Part shown: one piece after another, positions 26,190 to 39,229 of the stretch
Layout: each line of letters opens with the position of its first letter
Position numbering within the stretch: the first letter of the stretch is position 1
Assembly (NCBI RefSeq): GCF_963921235.1
Contig: NC_086126.1
Location: 18,166,001-18,230,000, forward strand
Source: Mobula hypostoma
Taxonomy: Eukaryota
Reading direction: 5' to 3'
Length of the DNA: 64,000 nt
Made by a program: the position numbers and the translations under genes
Notes under the pieces: model-generated
Database searches by the model: none
What the model saw: the letters and a program-made list of their open reading frames with translations, nothing else
Told to the model about the DNA's origin: nothing

Positions 26190-27140
26190 CTGGTTACTAC
26201 CTACCATCACACCAGCTTCCGTGTCCAGCACATAATTCTCTGAAACTTCTGCTATCTCCAACAGGATCCCACCACCAAACACATCTCTCTGCTTTCCGCA
26301 GGGATTGCTTCCTACACAACTACCTTGTCCGTTCATCCCTCCCCCCTGATCTCCCTCCAGGCGCTTATTCTTGCAGGCAGAATAAGTGCTACACCTGCCC
26401 CTACCCCTCACTATCTTTCAGGGCCCTCAACAGTCCTTCCAGGTGAGGCAGCACTACCTGTAAGTCTGTTGGGGTGATGTACTGTGTTCAATGCTCTTGG
26501 TGTAGCTTCCTGCATATCGATGAAACCCCATGTAGATTGGAAGACCACTTCACCATGAATCAGCACTCCATCCACCAGAGCAGTGGGCACCCATTTTAAT
26601 TCCACTTCCCATTCCCATTCTGATATGTCCAGCGATGGTTTCCTCCAGTGTCGTGATGAGGCCACAAGTCAGTTGGAGAAACGACTCCTTATATTCTGTT
26701 TGGGTAGCCTCCAACATGATGGTATGAACATCTATTTCTCAAACTTATGGTAATGCCACCAGCACCCCTCCCCATCACCATTTCCCAACCCCTTTTCCCT
26801 CTCTCACCTTATCCCCTTCCCTGCCTATTGTTTCCCACTGGTGCTCCTTCCCCTTTTTCTTCCTTCCATGGCCTTCGGTCAATTTCACCAATCAACTTCC
26901 CAGCTCTTTACTTCACCCGTCCCCCTCCAGGATTCACCCATCACCTGGTGTTTCTCTCTGTCTTCCCCCACCTTATAAATCTACTCCTCAGCTTTTTTTT
27001 CTCCAGACCTGCCCAAGGGTTTCAACCTGAAATGTCAACTGTACTTTTTTTTTTCCATAGGCCTGGCCTGTTGAGTTCTTCCAGCATTTTGTGTGTGTTT
27101 TCAGATTTCCAGCATCTGCAGATTTTCTCTTGTTTGTGAT
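26190..27140 (+). mobile_element. Penelope-like element 3' part
   Basis: LSAFRRDCFLHNYLVRSSLP..PGAYSC...KCYTCPY, GIY-YIG remnants (VMYCVQC, YIDET), family tail, degenerate hammerhead at ~27008. Confidence 0.8.
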
Positions 27141-27199
27141 TTAAACATTACTGGTGTGTCAGCTTCACCTTCCCCGGCAGCATTTTTCAAACACCCACC

Positions 27200-30100
27200 A
27201 GTCTCCGTGGAAAATAAGAACTCACCTCCCAAATCTATTTTAAACATTCCCTCTCTCCTTTTAAATTAAAGCTCTGCTCTTGAGTATCTGACAAGTCTCT
27301 GCTCAGCCTTTGGAACTCAGCAGTAAAAGATTTACGTTTGTTCCAGCTAATATTATAATTGAAACTGCCTTTCCTGTGATGTGAGAACCAGATCTGATCA
27401 CAAGACGCCTGAAGTGATCTGACCAAAGTTGCATGCAGCTGCAACATGGCTACCGACTTTTATCCTCAACAGCTGAGCCCCTTCACCATGATGTCCAGTT
27501 TTGTTATTTTCAGGAGGAATCTTTTTCTGCAACCCAACATCCCCCTGTACCTCAGTGCTTCAAAGGCTCCTGTCATTTCTGCATCCTTTGGCTTTGCAAT
27601 GAGAATCAGAGTTAATACAATGTGGAAAACGGGTCCTTTGGCCGTCCTTCTCCCTGCTGAGCTAATCCAATCTGGCTCTGCTGAGCCCATAGACCTCGAA
27701 ACCTTTGCTATCCGTGTACATACTGAGATGGTTTTAGAATGTTTCTAATGTGTCTGCCTCTACCACTGGCAGCTCATTCCAAATACACACCACTCTCTAC
27801 ACTATGTCCCTTTTAAATCTCTTGCCTCTGATCTGAAACACCAGCCCTCTTGGTTTTACCAACCCTTTCCTGGTCCCATTGATCTTACATCCCTCTATCA
27901 GTTTCACCCCTTAATCTGTATGCTCTAGGGTATAAAATACTCGTCTATACCACCTCTCCTTATAACTCAGACGCCCAAGTCCAAATGACAACCCGGCAAT
28001 TTTTCTTTCTCTGTGCTCTTTCTAGTTTAAAAACATATTTTTGCTACAAATGGCCGATCAAAACTATACACTGTATCCCAAGTCTGTACTGTAACTTGTG
28101 TATCTACAACACCTTCACCACTGTATCTAGCTGAGATGTCACTTTCAGTCAACAATACATTCACATCGACATTGTTTACATAAATTACGAACAACAAAGG
28201 TCCCGGCACACAGTGGCACACCACTGGACAGAGACCTCCAGTCTGAGGCACAACCCTCAACCATCAGCCTCTGCTTCCTATCACTGAGGCAATTATGAAA
28301 CTAATTGACTATCTCTCATGAATTTCATCTTCCAGACCTGTGTCAAAGGCCTGGCTAATGTCCATACAGACAACATCCACAGCCCTAACCTCATCAACGC
28401 TCTTGTGAAACTCTTCGCAGAGCTGCAAGAAATTTGTCAGACATGATTTCCCTTGCACAAAGCTGTGCTGACTGTCCTGAGTCAGACCAAATGTTGGTAG
28501 ATCCAGTCCCTCAGAAACCACCCCCCCCCACCCCAGCAATTTACCCAACAACTGGCTTGTAGTTTCTTGGCTAGTTTTCACAACCCTTTTGAAACAATGG
28601 CACCTCATTAAACTGTGAGTCCTTAAGTCATAGGAGCAGGATTAGGCCATTCGGCCCATCCTGTCTGTTCTGCCATTCCATCATGCCGGATTTATTATTC
28701 CCCATTCTCCTGCCTTGTCCCCATAAACTCTGATGCCCTTAATAATTAAAAACCTTCTAACCACTGCTTTAAATATACCTAATGACTGCCTTTATGCCCA
28801 TCTGTGGCAATGAATTCCATTGACTCATCACCTTCTGATGAAAGAAATTCCTCCTCATATCTGTTCCAGAGAGAAATCTCTCTACTCTGAAAGTGTGATA
28901 CCTCCATTATTGGAAACATCCCCTCACATCAACTCTATCTAGGGCTTTCAATATTCAATAGATTTCAATACTATCCTCTGTCATTCCTCTAGACTCAAGC
29001 CAGTACAGGCCAAGAGCACCAAATGATCATTACGCCGTTGTCCCTTCAGTCCCGGGATCATTCTCGTGAGTCTCTCCTGCAGCCTCTGCAATGCCAGCAG
29101 CTTAGAAAAGTGACCCAAATCTGCTCATAATCCTCAAAATAAGGTCTGACCAAACCCTTGTAAAGCCTCAGCATTAGATGTTTGTTTTTATATTCTAGTT
29201 CGCTTGAAATGAATGAGAACATTACATTTGTCTTCCTTATTACCAGCTCAATGTGCACATTGACCTTCAGGTGACCCCGAAGTTCCTTTGCACTTCTGAT
29301 TTCTCAATTCACTCCCTGATTACAAAGAGCTTACACCTTTATTTCTCCCACCAGAGTACATGACCACACACGTCCTTACACTGTATTTCATCTGGCACTT
29401 CCTTGTCCATTCTCTAAATCTGTCCAAGTGCTACTGCAGACTCCCTGCTTCCTCAACACTGCCTGCCTCTTTGTATCATCCACGGTCTTGGCCTTAAAAC
29501 TATCAGTTCTGGATTAGTCACTGTCCAGCTATGGCCTGAGATGAAGCAACAGTCTCTTCCCTGGCCTCCACAGTGTATTCTCCAGCTTCCCACAAAGTAC
29601 GAGAAGGTACCTGATAAAGCCCTGGAGATTTAACAACCTTAATCCAGTTTAAGGCCTCCAATAGAGATCACTGCCCATTTGAATGTGGTCTAAGACATCG
29701 CAGCTTATTTCTGTCACTTCCTTAGCTTCCGCATTTTCTCAATGGTGAGATAACTGTTGGAAATATTCATGGAAAGCCTCTCCTATTTCCTTCAGTTCCA
29801 CATACCGAGGCCATGTTCATCTCCATGGGGAATGATTTTCCGTCTAACTTCCCTTTTCCTATGAATATACCGAGAGAATCTCTTGGGATTTTGCTCACTT
29901 TGCCTTCCAAATCCTGATATCCTCATTTTACCCTCCAAACATTTATGAGAGATCCTACGTCTAAGAGTATTTCCCGAGCATTGATCCAAATCTCACCAGT
30001 CTATAATTTCCTGGTTTGTCTCTATTGCCTGAGGAACAACATGCCCTGGAATATCAGCATCACTCCCTTCTCTGATCTCACTATCCTCCATGACCATGTT

Positions 30101-30700
30101 GATGAATACTGATGTGAAGTACTGGTTTAGTCCCTTGCCCACTTGCTCTGGATCCAGACATCAACCCTCTCCTTTGTCCTTGTGTTGTCGTACCTTCTCT
30201 CTAGTGCCCCTTCTCACCAAAGTCATTTTTTGTCCCAGTTTGGCACTTCTGATTCTCCCTTTAACTTTTTGCTTGCTTGCTTCAAATTGCCAGAGGCCTT
30301 CTCCAATTTTTACATTTAAAACATTCCTTATGCTTGCTTTTTGCTTTCAGTCTGAATTTATAACATCTCTCAGCATACATATCTGCCGGACATTACCATC
30401 CTTGTCTTTCCTCCTCGTAGAGACAGTTTTGTCTGAATTCTGACCCAATTGCCTTTAATCATCACTCACACGTTAAATGTGGACTGACCAATCACAGCTG
30501 CACCCAGTCCCCTCTCCCTAGTTCCTGCCCAACACAGTTGCCATTAGCTGTACCCCAACTGACCACATTACCACCGGGTCCAGTCTTGTCCTTATTTACT
30601 GTTCCCAAATTACAACTTCTATCAACGGTCAGGCTCATTTCCAACACAATGTCTTCTATGACCCGCTTCCCTGGTTAGATTATTCTCTTCTGTGTTAAGA
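27200..30700 (-). mobile_element. Nested, decayed CR1 LINE fragments
   Basis: SQHSFVQGKSCLTNFL, AVDVVCMDISQAFD, LRLYKGLVRPYFE on minus strand. Confidence 0.75.
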
Positions 30701-31339
30701 AATAACCCAGGATACTTCCAACAAGCTCTGCAACAATCTAAGCCCCGCTGTAAGGGAGTCCCAGTCAACACAGGGGAAATTAAATTCACCCACTACAACT
30801 ACTCTTTTGCTTTTTCCTCTTTCATTACCTGCTACATTTCTGTTCCTTTATCTCCTGCTGGCATTTGGGAGATCTGTGGTATAACCCCATCAGTGAATAC
30901 ACCTCTCTTATCCTGAGCTCTATCCACATTGTCCCACTGGATAATCCCTGCAGTCATCCGTTATCCCCATCCCTCTTGGTAGGGAATTCTAGTGCTTTCT
31001 ATACAGTGTTATGTTTTTTTATCAGACTGTGCCTTTGTAGAACAGTATAGGTGTGTATTGTAGTTTCTTGCAGCTCATAATTTTGCACATCATAGTCTTG
31101 AACAGTCATCAGATTGTGTAAAAGGAGAGAGAGTTTAAACAAAGTGAGCAGGGGCAGTTGGCACATTTTGCATGTCACATTTCCCAAGGAGACATTTCAT
31201 TGTCCATAATTGGGAACTTGACAAGATCCAATAAAATAAGTTGGGTTTACACAGAGCGGTCATTGCATGACTGGGCCAGAATTGGAGTGGGGAGGGGTAA
31301 GCCGGACGTAGATAGTTTTTCTTTATTCTTTATTATTTT

Positions 31340-34300
31340 CTTATTACACATTTAGAGCAGAGGGGATGCCAGACAAAGTATGAGATTGCTCCTCTTGCTG
31401 GATGTGGGAAGAAATGGAGACATCCAGTGTCCCTGATGACTACTCTTGCAAGAAGGCATACAGCTGAAAGTTTTACCAGGCCGTGCTGAGGAGTTGGAGA
31501 TTGAACTAGATAAACTCTGGATGCCTCGAGAGACTGAGTTGTTGATAGACAGGACATGGGGGAAGTGATTAAACCCAAGGTGCTGGATGATTGTCAGGAG
31601 GGGGAGAGTGAATAGGAAGACAGTGCAGAGTACCCCTGTGGCTGTTCCCGGCAACAACACGTGTACCGCTTTGGAATACCGTGGGCCACATGGGTCAGGT
31701 ATCTGGCTTTGTGGTTTGGTGGGGGGGGGGAGAGAAGAGGGGAGAAGAGGTGAGCTGTAGTGAGGGGGATTCATTGGTTCGGGGAACAGAAAGGAGTTTC
31801 CGTGAATGTGAACAAGGTTCGAAGATGATTATTGCCTCCTGGGTGCCAGGATCAGAGAGACATCTCAGATTTATTTCACAGCATTCCTAACTGGGAGTGT
31901 GAGCAGCCTGAGGTTCTGATTCACTTATTTACCAATGACGTGACTGTCGATGTCCTGCAAAGTGAGTTCAGGGAGTTAGGTGCTAAGTTAAAGGACAAGA
32001 TCCCCCAGGATTGTGATTTTCAGGAATGCTACCTGTGCTACATGCTAGTGAGGTCAGAAATAGGAAGATCATACAGTTTAAGGAGGCTCATGAGTTGCTG
32101 TAGGAGGTGGGCTTCAGCTTTTTGGATCACTGGGATCTCTGCAAGGAAAGGTGGAACCTACAGAAGGAACGGTTTGCACCTGAACTGGAGGGGACTAATA
32201 TCCCAGTGGGAAGGTTTGCTGGGGGTTATGGTTTGAACTAGAGGGGCAGGGGGATGGGAACCAGAGCACCAGAACAGACAGTGGAATTAGTATGGGAAAA
32301 GATGTTCTTCACCTCACCAACAAAGTCAGGAATCAAAAGGTTGAGCAAGGTAGGACTAATGTTCTGAGCTGCATATAATTTGAATGCGAGGAGTATTGTA
32401 GGAAAGGCAGAGAAGGTCAGGACCTGGATCAGCTTGTGGAGTTATGACATTGTAGCCATTAGTGAGACTTGTACGTTACATAGCAGGTATAGACAGGCAG
32501 AGACAAATTGGGTACTTGAGTTTAATGGGGTGAAAAGAAAACATGAGGTTAGAAACATAGAAAAGCTACAGCACAATACAGGCCCTTCGGCCCACAAAGC
32601 TCTGCTGAACATGTCCTTACCTTAGAAATTACTGAGGGTTACCCATAGCCCTCTATTTTTCTAAGCTCCATGCTCTTATCCAGGAGTCCTTTAAAAGACC
32701 CTCGTATCCACCTCCATCACCGTTGCCTGCAGCCCATTATAAACACTCACCACTCTCTGTGGGAAAGAACATACCCCTGGCATCAACTCTGTACCTATTT
32801 CCAAGCACCTTAAAACTGTGCTCTCTCGTGCTAGCCATTTCAGCCCTGGGAAAAAGCCTCTGCCTATCCACACGATCACTGCCTCACATCATCTTATACA
32901 CCTCAAGCAACACACATCAAAGTTGCTGGTGAACACAGCAGGCCAGGCAGCATCTCTAGGAAGAGGTACAGTCGACGTTTCAGGCCGAGACCCTCAGTCC
33001 TGACGAAGGGTCTCGGCCCAAAACGCCGCCTGTACCTCTTCCTAGAGATGCTGCCTGGCCTGCTGCGTTCACCAGCAACTTTGATGTGTGTTGCTTGAAT
33101 TTCCAGCATCTGCAGAATTCCTGTTGTTTGCGATCTTATATACCTCTATCAGGTTACCTCTCATCCTCCGTTGCTCCAAGGAGAAGACGCTGAGTTCACT
33201 CAACCTGTCCTCATAAGGCATGCCCCCACCCCCCACAATCCAAGCAACATCCTTGTAAAGCTCCTCTGCACCCTTTCTGTGGTTTCCACATCCTTCCTGA
33301 TGCTCCTCTGGTGCTTAAGAAATGGTCTAAGAATAATCGAGAAATTATAGGCCAGTGAGCCTAACATCAGCTGTGGGAAGTTTATTGGAAAGTATTCTAA
33401 GCAACCACAGATATGATTATTTGGATAGAGAGGGACTGATTGGGAATAGTTAATATAGTTTTGTGTATGGTACATCATGTCTAAATAATCTTGTAGAATT
33501 TTTTTGAGAAAGTTACTAGGAAAGTTGATGAATGCAAGGGAGTGGATGTAGCCGACATGGACTTTAGCATGGCCTTTGACAGGGTCTCACCATGGGTGGT
33601 TGGTCAAAAAGGTTCAGTCATTCAGCATCAAGATGAGGTAGTAAATTGGATTAAGCGTTAGGTTCGAGAGTGGTTGTAGATGATTGCCTCTCTGACGGGA
33701 GGCCTGTGACTGGTGATGTGCCACAGGGATCAGTCTGAGTCCATTGTTTATCATCCAGATCTTTGATATAGATGACAATGTGGTGAACTGGGACAACAAT
33801 TTTGCGTATGACACCAGGATTGGGGGTATAATGAACAGTGAGGAAGACACTCAAAGCTTGCACTGTGATCTGGAGCAGCTGGAATTTAATGCTGACAAGG
33901 ATGAGGTGTTGCATTTTCGGAGGACAAACCAGGGTAGGTCTTACACAGTGAGCAGTCGGGCACTGAAAAGTGCATTAAAGCTGAGGGATCTGGGAATACA
34001 GATTCATAATTCCTAGTAAGTGGCATCACAGATAGATAAAGTCAAAAAGAGAGTTTAGGCACATGGTACTTCGATTTACAAAGGGCAAAGTGCAGGAGGT
34101 GGATGTTATGTTGAAGTTGTGTAAGACATTGGTGACTCCTAATTTGGAGTATTGTGTGCAGTTTTGTTTACCTACCCACAAGAAAGATGTAAATAAGCTT
34201 GAAAGAGTACAGAGAAAATTTACAAGGGTGTTCCTTGGACTTAAGGACCTGCGTTCTCTGGAAAGATCAAATAGGTTAGGATTTTATTCCTTGGAATGCA

Positions 34301-34342
34301 GAATATTCTTGGGAGATCAGGTATACAAAATTATGAAGGGTG
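31340..34342 (+). mobile_element. Decayed CR1 LINE (ORF1 and ORF2 remnants) with a nested antisense CR1 3' end (~32550-33300)
   Basis: GDSLVRG and GLHLNWRG (SGNH-like ORF1), NARSIVGK..DIVAISET, LVTPNLEYCVQF. Confidence 0.8.
32905..33132. mobile_element. 228-bp fold-back Penelope-derived element with 14-bp TSD
   Basis: ~90-bp inverted arms (32905-32994 vs ~33007-33097); CAGTC-CTGACGAAGGGTCTCGGCCCAAAAC in centre; TSD ATCTTATACACCTC 32891-32904 / ATCTTATATACCTC 33133-33146. Confidence 0.88.
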
Positions 34343-34808
34343 TACTGTAGATGGGGTAATGATGTTTATAGGTCAGAGTTACAGTGAAATACTGTAGATG
34401 GGGTAATGATGTTTATAGGTCAGAGTTACAGTGAAATACTGTAGATGGGGTAATGATGTTTATAGGTCAGAGTTACAGTGAAATACTGTAGATGGGGTAA
34501 TGATGTTTATAGGTCAGAGTTACAGTGAAATACTGTAGATGGGGTAATGATGTTTATAGGTCAGAGTTACAGTGAAATACTGTAGATGGGGTAATGATGT
34601 TTATCGGTCAGAGTTACAGTGAAATACTGTAGATGGGGTAATGATGTTTATCGGTCAGAGTTAGTGAAATACTGTAGATGGGGTAATGATGTTTATCGGT
34701 CAGAGTTACAGTGAAATACTGTAGATGGGTAATGATGTTTATAGGTCAGAGTTGCAGTGAAATACTGTAGATGGGTAATGATGTTTATAGGTCAGAGTTG
34801 CAGTGAAA
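34343..34808. repeat. Minisatellite, 47-bp unit, 10 copies
   Basis: Unit TACTGTAGATGGGGTAATGATGTTTATAGGTCAGAGTTACAGTGAAA; period 47. Confidence 0.96.
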
Positions 34809-35119
34809 TGCTGGATTGTCCAGCTCTGGGCTGTCAGTATTGTGTTTTATTTAGAGAGCTGTGTGCTGTACTGGTCTGTGTCCTCACTGGCCGGTGCTGT
34901 GCTCTGGCAGCTCAGTGTGTTTGAAATACAGTGTCAGTGTTTTTACTGAAGAGTGTCTTTATTACACAAACTAACCTTGTCTACCATGGACTTTAAACAT
35001 TGCTGGGAGGTGAGGGGAGGGTTTGGAACCACTATACCTGACTCTGAAGGATCTGACAAATTTGGCTTTGAACGTCCTGTTTGTTTATTCCCACAACCCC
35101 TGCAGGCAGTCAATCCCAG

Positions 35120-35213
35120 ATGAGAACCGCTCTCCTGACAGACAACGGTGGGAATTAAACCCAGGTCGCTGGTACTGTCACCATTGCGCTGACCACGATG
35201 CTCCTGTGCCACC
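35120..35213 (-). mobile_element. Degenerate tRNA-derived SINE head
   Basis: Minus strand GGTGGCACAGGAGCATCGTGGTCAGCGCAATGG...GGGTTTAATTCCC (A-box and B-box-like). Confidence 0.5.
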
Positions 35214-35289
35214 CCTTCCTCTTTAAACCCGTCCATTGATCCAGACCTCATGCCCACCGGGTAAAGAATTCCAGACGTTCCCTGCATCA

Positions 35290-36008
35290 GATGCACGTCA
35301 ACTCTGGCAGGGGTTGCAGCCATTACTTCCTACAAAGCAAACCCAACATCATGAATGGCAGTGAGGCTTCACAACCAGACCAGCTCAACCCCTTTTATGC
35401 TCACTTTCACAGGAAGAATAAAGCCACAGCTATGAGGATACGTGCAGCGTCTGATGACCCTGTGATCTCTGTCTTGGAGGCCGACATCAGGCTGTCTTTC
35501 AAGATGCTGAACCCTCGCCGGGCAGCAGGGCCCAATGGAGTACCTGGTAAGGCTCTGAAAACCTGTGCCTACCAACTGCTGGAAGTGGTCAAAGACATTT
35601 TCAATCCCTCACTGCTACAGTCGAAAGTTCTCACCTGCTTCAAAAGAGCAACAACTGCTCCGGGACCCAATAAGGTCAGTGTGAGCTGCCTTAACGACTA
35701 TTGTCCAGTCACACTCACATCTCCGGTTATGAAATGCTTTGAGAGGTTGGTCATGGATAGAATGAACACCTGTCCCAGGAAGGACCAGGACCCACTGCAA
35801 TTTGCCTCTTGCCACAATATGTTTGCGGTAGATGCGATCTCAGTGGCTCGCCACACAGCACTGGAGCACCTGGGCAATACAAATACCTATGTCAGGATGC
35901 TGTTTATTGACTAGAGCCCAGCATTTAACACCATCATTCCTGCAGTCCTGATAAAATAGCTACAGAACCTAGGCCTCTGTCCCTCCTTGTGCAGCTGGAT
36001 CCTCGGCT
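35290..36008 (+). mobile_element. Rex1/Babar-like LINE RT fragment
   Basis: AAGPNGVPGKALKTCA, SCLNDYCPVTLTSPVMKCFERLV, YVRMLFID, LCSWIL. Confidence 0.85.
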
Positions 36009-36248
36009 TTCCAGCACCTGGTGTGGGAGATTGCTCAGGACTTCAAAACCCATCTGTGTTTCCAGAGCTCAGCCGTCATGGTCCTGCAGGAGGCTAGCGA
36101 GGCTTACCTGGTGGGGAACATCGAGGACACTAACCTGTGTGCCATCCACGCCGAGTAAGTTACCATCCAGCTGGCTCGATGTTCCTGCGGGGAGCCCGCC
36201 TGAACCCGGCCTTGGCACTAAACACAACAAAAGGCTCTTTTAGGAGCC
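36009..36248 (+). pseudogene. H3: Histone H3 3'-half pseudogene fragment with stem-loop
   Basis: [14 protein letters not shown]...[27 protein letters not shown] with indels; TGA 36201-36203; GGCTCTTTTAGGAGCC 36233-36248. Confidence 0.9.
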
Positions 36249-36889
36249 ACTATCATGGCAGAGTAAAGGGCTATCATCTGCCACACCACTATTTTGGTTC
36301 CCAACCCACTGATGAATCGTTTCAATTCTCCTGCGACGCATTAACTAATCTGCCCATATTTGACCTGGCTGGTTCAAGTGCAGCCGCTCCCACTTCTACA
36401 GGTCACCTCTGCCCCAGCAGAGATCCCAGTGGCTGGAAACCTGAACCTGTTCTCCTGTACCAGCTCCTCATCCTCACATCCACCTGCCCTGTCCCCCTGT
36501 TCCTGTCCTTACCAGCACTTGGCATCAGGAGTAATCCAGTGATTACAGATCTCCTTGTCTCCACCCTCCCCTGCTGTACATCAGAATCACAGACCTGGCT
36601 GCTGCTGCTCTCCTGAAAGGCCATGTCTCCTGTTGATCAATTCTCCAAGTCAATCTGCTTCACCAGTCCCATTAAATGGATTCACTTTCCCCTTCAAACC
36701 TCCCATGTCAGGTCTGTATCTGCTCTGCTCTCTGGACCATCCAGAATGTGCCCTCTTTTCATTATTACCATTGGAGAAGAGGTACAGGAACCTGAACGCA
36801 CACTTAATGTTTTAGGAACAGCTTCTTCCTCTCCACTATCTGATTTCCAACTGGTCCATGAACACTGCCTAACATCATCGTCACAAAAT

Positions 36890-38240
36890 TGATTTGGTGG
36901 AAGGAGACAGAGGGTGGTCGTGTCAGCTTGTTATTCAGGTTGGAGGCCGCTGACCAGTGACATTCTCAGGGATCGGTGCTGGTACTGTAATTTGTCATCT
37001 ATGTTAACAATTTCTCCGACATTGTCGTTAAAGTGATTAGTGAGTTTGCAGATGACAGCAACACTGGTGGTAGAGCGCACAGTGAAGATTATCTGAGAGT
37101 ACAATGGGATCGAGGTGAACTGGGGAAGTCGGCCAAAGAATGGCAGAAGGATGTTGACATGGACAAGGATGAGGTGTTGCATTATGAGAAGTTCAACCAG
37201 GGAAGGACCTGCACAGTAAATTCTTGTCCCTTGGAGAGTATTACAGAACAGACAGACCATGGAATACAGAGACATCATTCACTGAAAGTGACAACAGAGG
37301 TAGTCAGGATGGTGATGTTTGTCCTATTTGTCTTCATTGGTCAGGGAATTGAGTACAGGATTTGGGATGTCATATGGCAACTGTAAACATTGGATAGGCT
37401 GGGACTCTCTTTCTCTCCCTAGATGGTAAGAAGCTGTGACCATTCAGAGGTTTATAAAATCATCGGGTGACCAGTCTATGTGTGAAGGTAGGGGAGTGTA
37501 AAACTACAGGATAATTATTGAAGGTGAAGGGGAAACATTTAAAGTCTACCTGAGGGTCACTGTTTTGCCATGCAGATGCTGGTGTACATATTGAACATGG
37601 AAGTTGTCAACAAGGACACAGTTATCATGTTTCAAAGACATTTCACTTCTCTCAGACTCAGGTGTGGGGGGTGTTGCATCTTTGATTAAGGAGACCAACA
37701 CTGCAGTAATAAGTGAGGGTTTTGATGAGGTCTTGTAAGTAGAGGTTTTAAATAAAATGATGTATGATGATTTTGATGGGATTATACTGCCAGTTTCCCG
37801 ATAGGGTGAGATATTATGGACCAGACGTGTTGGTAAATCACACAGAGGGGTAATGGGAACAGGCTTACAGCAGTCGGGCATTTTGACTTCCCCAGTATTA
37901 ACCAGATTACCTTTGTATGAAAAGCTTGAGTTTCCAGGAGTAATTTGACAGATGCAGGATCAGTTCATCCCTCAGCAAAAACAGTATTTGAAAGGGAGGA
38001 TGAGGCAAACATCACCAACAACAGAAGACAAAGGCAGCATAAAAGAACATGAGAGGGCTTACAATATCACAAAAATTAATGGATTAGGAAACTTAAGAAA
38101 ACAACAGAAGACAACTACAATAGCAATGTGGAGAGAACAGGTGAATTGTGAAAGTAAGCTGGGCAATGATATAAAAGAAGATACTAAAAGTTTTATTTTT
38201 CAGACATGAAAAGAGTAAAAGAGAGGCAAGAATGGATCAG
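36890..38240 (+). mobile_element. Decayed CR1 LINE fragments
   Basis: ISEFADDSNTGG, EWQKDVDMDKDEVLH. Confidence 0.7.
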
Positions 38241-39229
38241 GTATCATGTTTCCCATTCTCACTTCGTGCTCACACCCCTCCCTGATCCTCTGTTTACACT
38301 GTCTAGTTTAATGTATAGTTCTTATTTTAACTGTTATTTTTAAAAATAAATTGCAGTGTACTGCTGTAGCAAAACAACAAAGTTTGTGACATATGTTCAT
38401 ATTAATAAACTTGATTTTGATTCTGATACTAACCACATTCACTGATCACGGCCAGTGTACAAAATGCATGTGAATATGTTGGGATAACTTCACTCAACTT
38501 TACTCGTCCCAACATTGAACTGTTCCCACTATCTATTGAATTGCTTTCACTGATTTTTCATCTCATGTTCTCGATGTTTATTCCTTATTAAGTTATTATT
38601 ATCATTTCTGATTTGTTTTCCTTTGGTATTTGCACAGTTTGTTGTCTTTTGCACATTGGTTGATTGTCCATCTTGTTGGGTGCAGTCTTTCATCGATCCT
38701 GTTATGTTTCTTGGGTTGACTGACTATGCCCACAGGAAAACAAATGTCAGGTTTGTACATGGGGACATATATGTACAGTATTTTGATAAAACATTTACTT
38801 TGGAATTTGAACTTCTAACTTCAAGGTGCCATACCTGCATTTCTAAGAGTCAAGTTTGCAGAGACAACAAAGAGCTCATAAAATTGCTCGTTTCTTCAAA
38901 TGGTTTATGTACATGTCTTTAAATGGAAATTACAGGCTGCAGTTTGCAGAGATAGTAGTTCAGAAGAAGTGTATCTACATGTTTTGTGAGCTGCCCTCAC
39001 GATGTCACCGTGTATCACCAGCACCACTTTGCGTGATGAACAATACAGGCATCCAAGAGTCTCCCAGATAGGTACGAGGATGCGCAGAGAATGGAGGGCC
39101 ATACAATGCATTAGGTGGGGGATAAATCCTCCGGACCTGAGCAATTACTTCACGGGAGGTTGAGGTGAAAATCCTCAGATGAAAGTCCTGGAGAATGGAA
39201 AGAGGCGAATGTTTATCCATTATTTGCAA

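Noticed and set aside
35120-35213. Functional tRNA gene
   Set aside because: Only degenerate A/B boxes with no complete cloverleaf; fits a SINE head
36009-36248. H3 fragments as processed (mRNA-derived) pseudogenes
   Set aside because: Similarity to the intact H3 continues past the stem-loop into the downstream element and flank, which mature histone mRNA lacks
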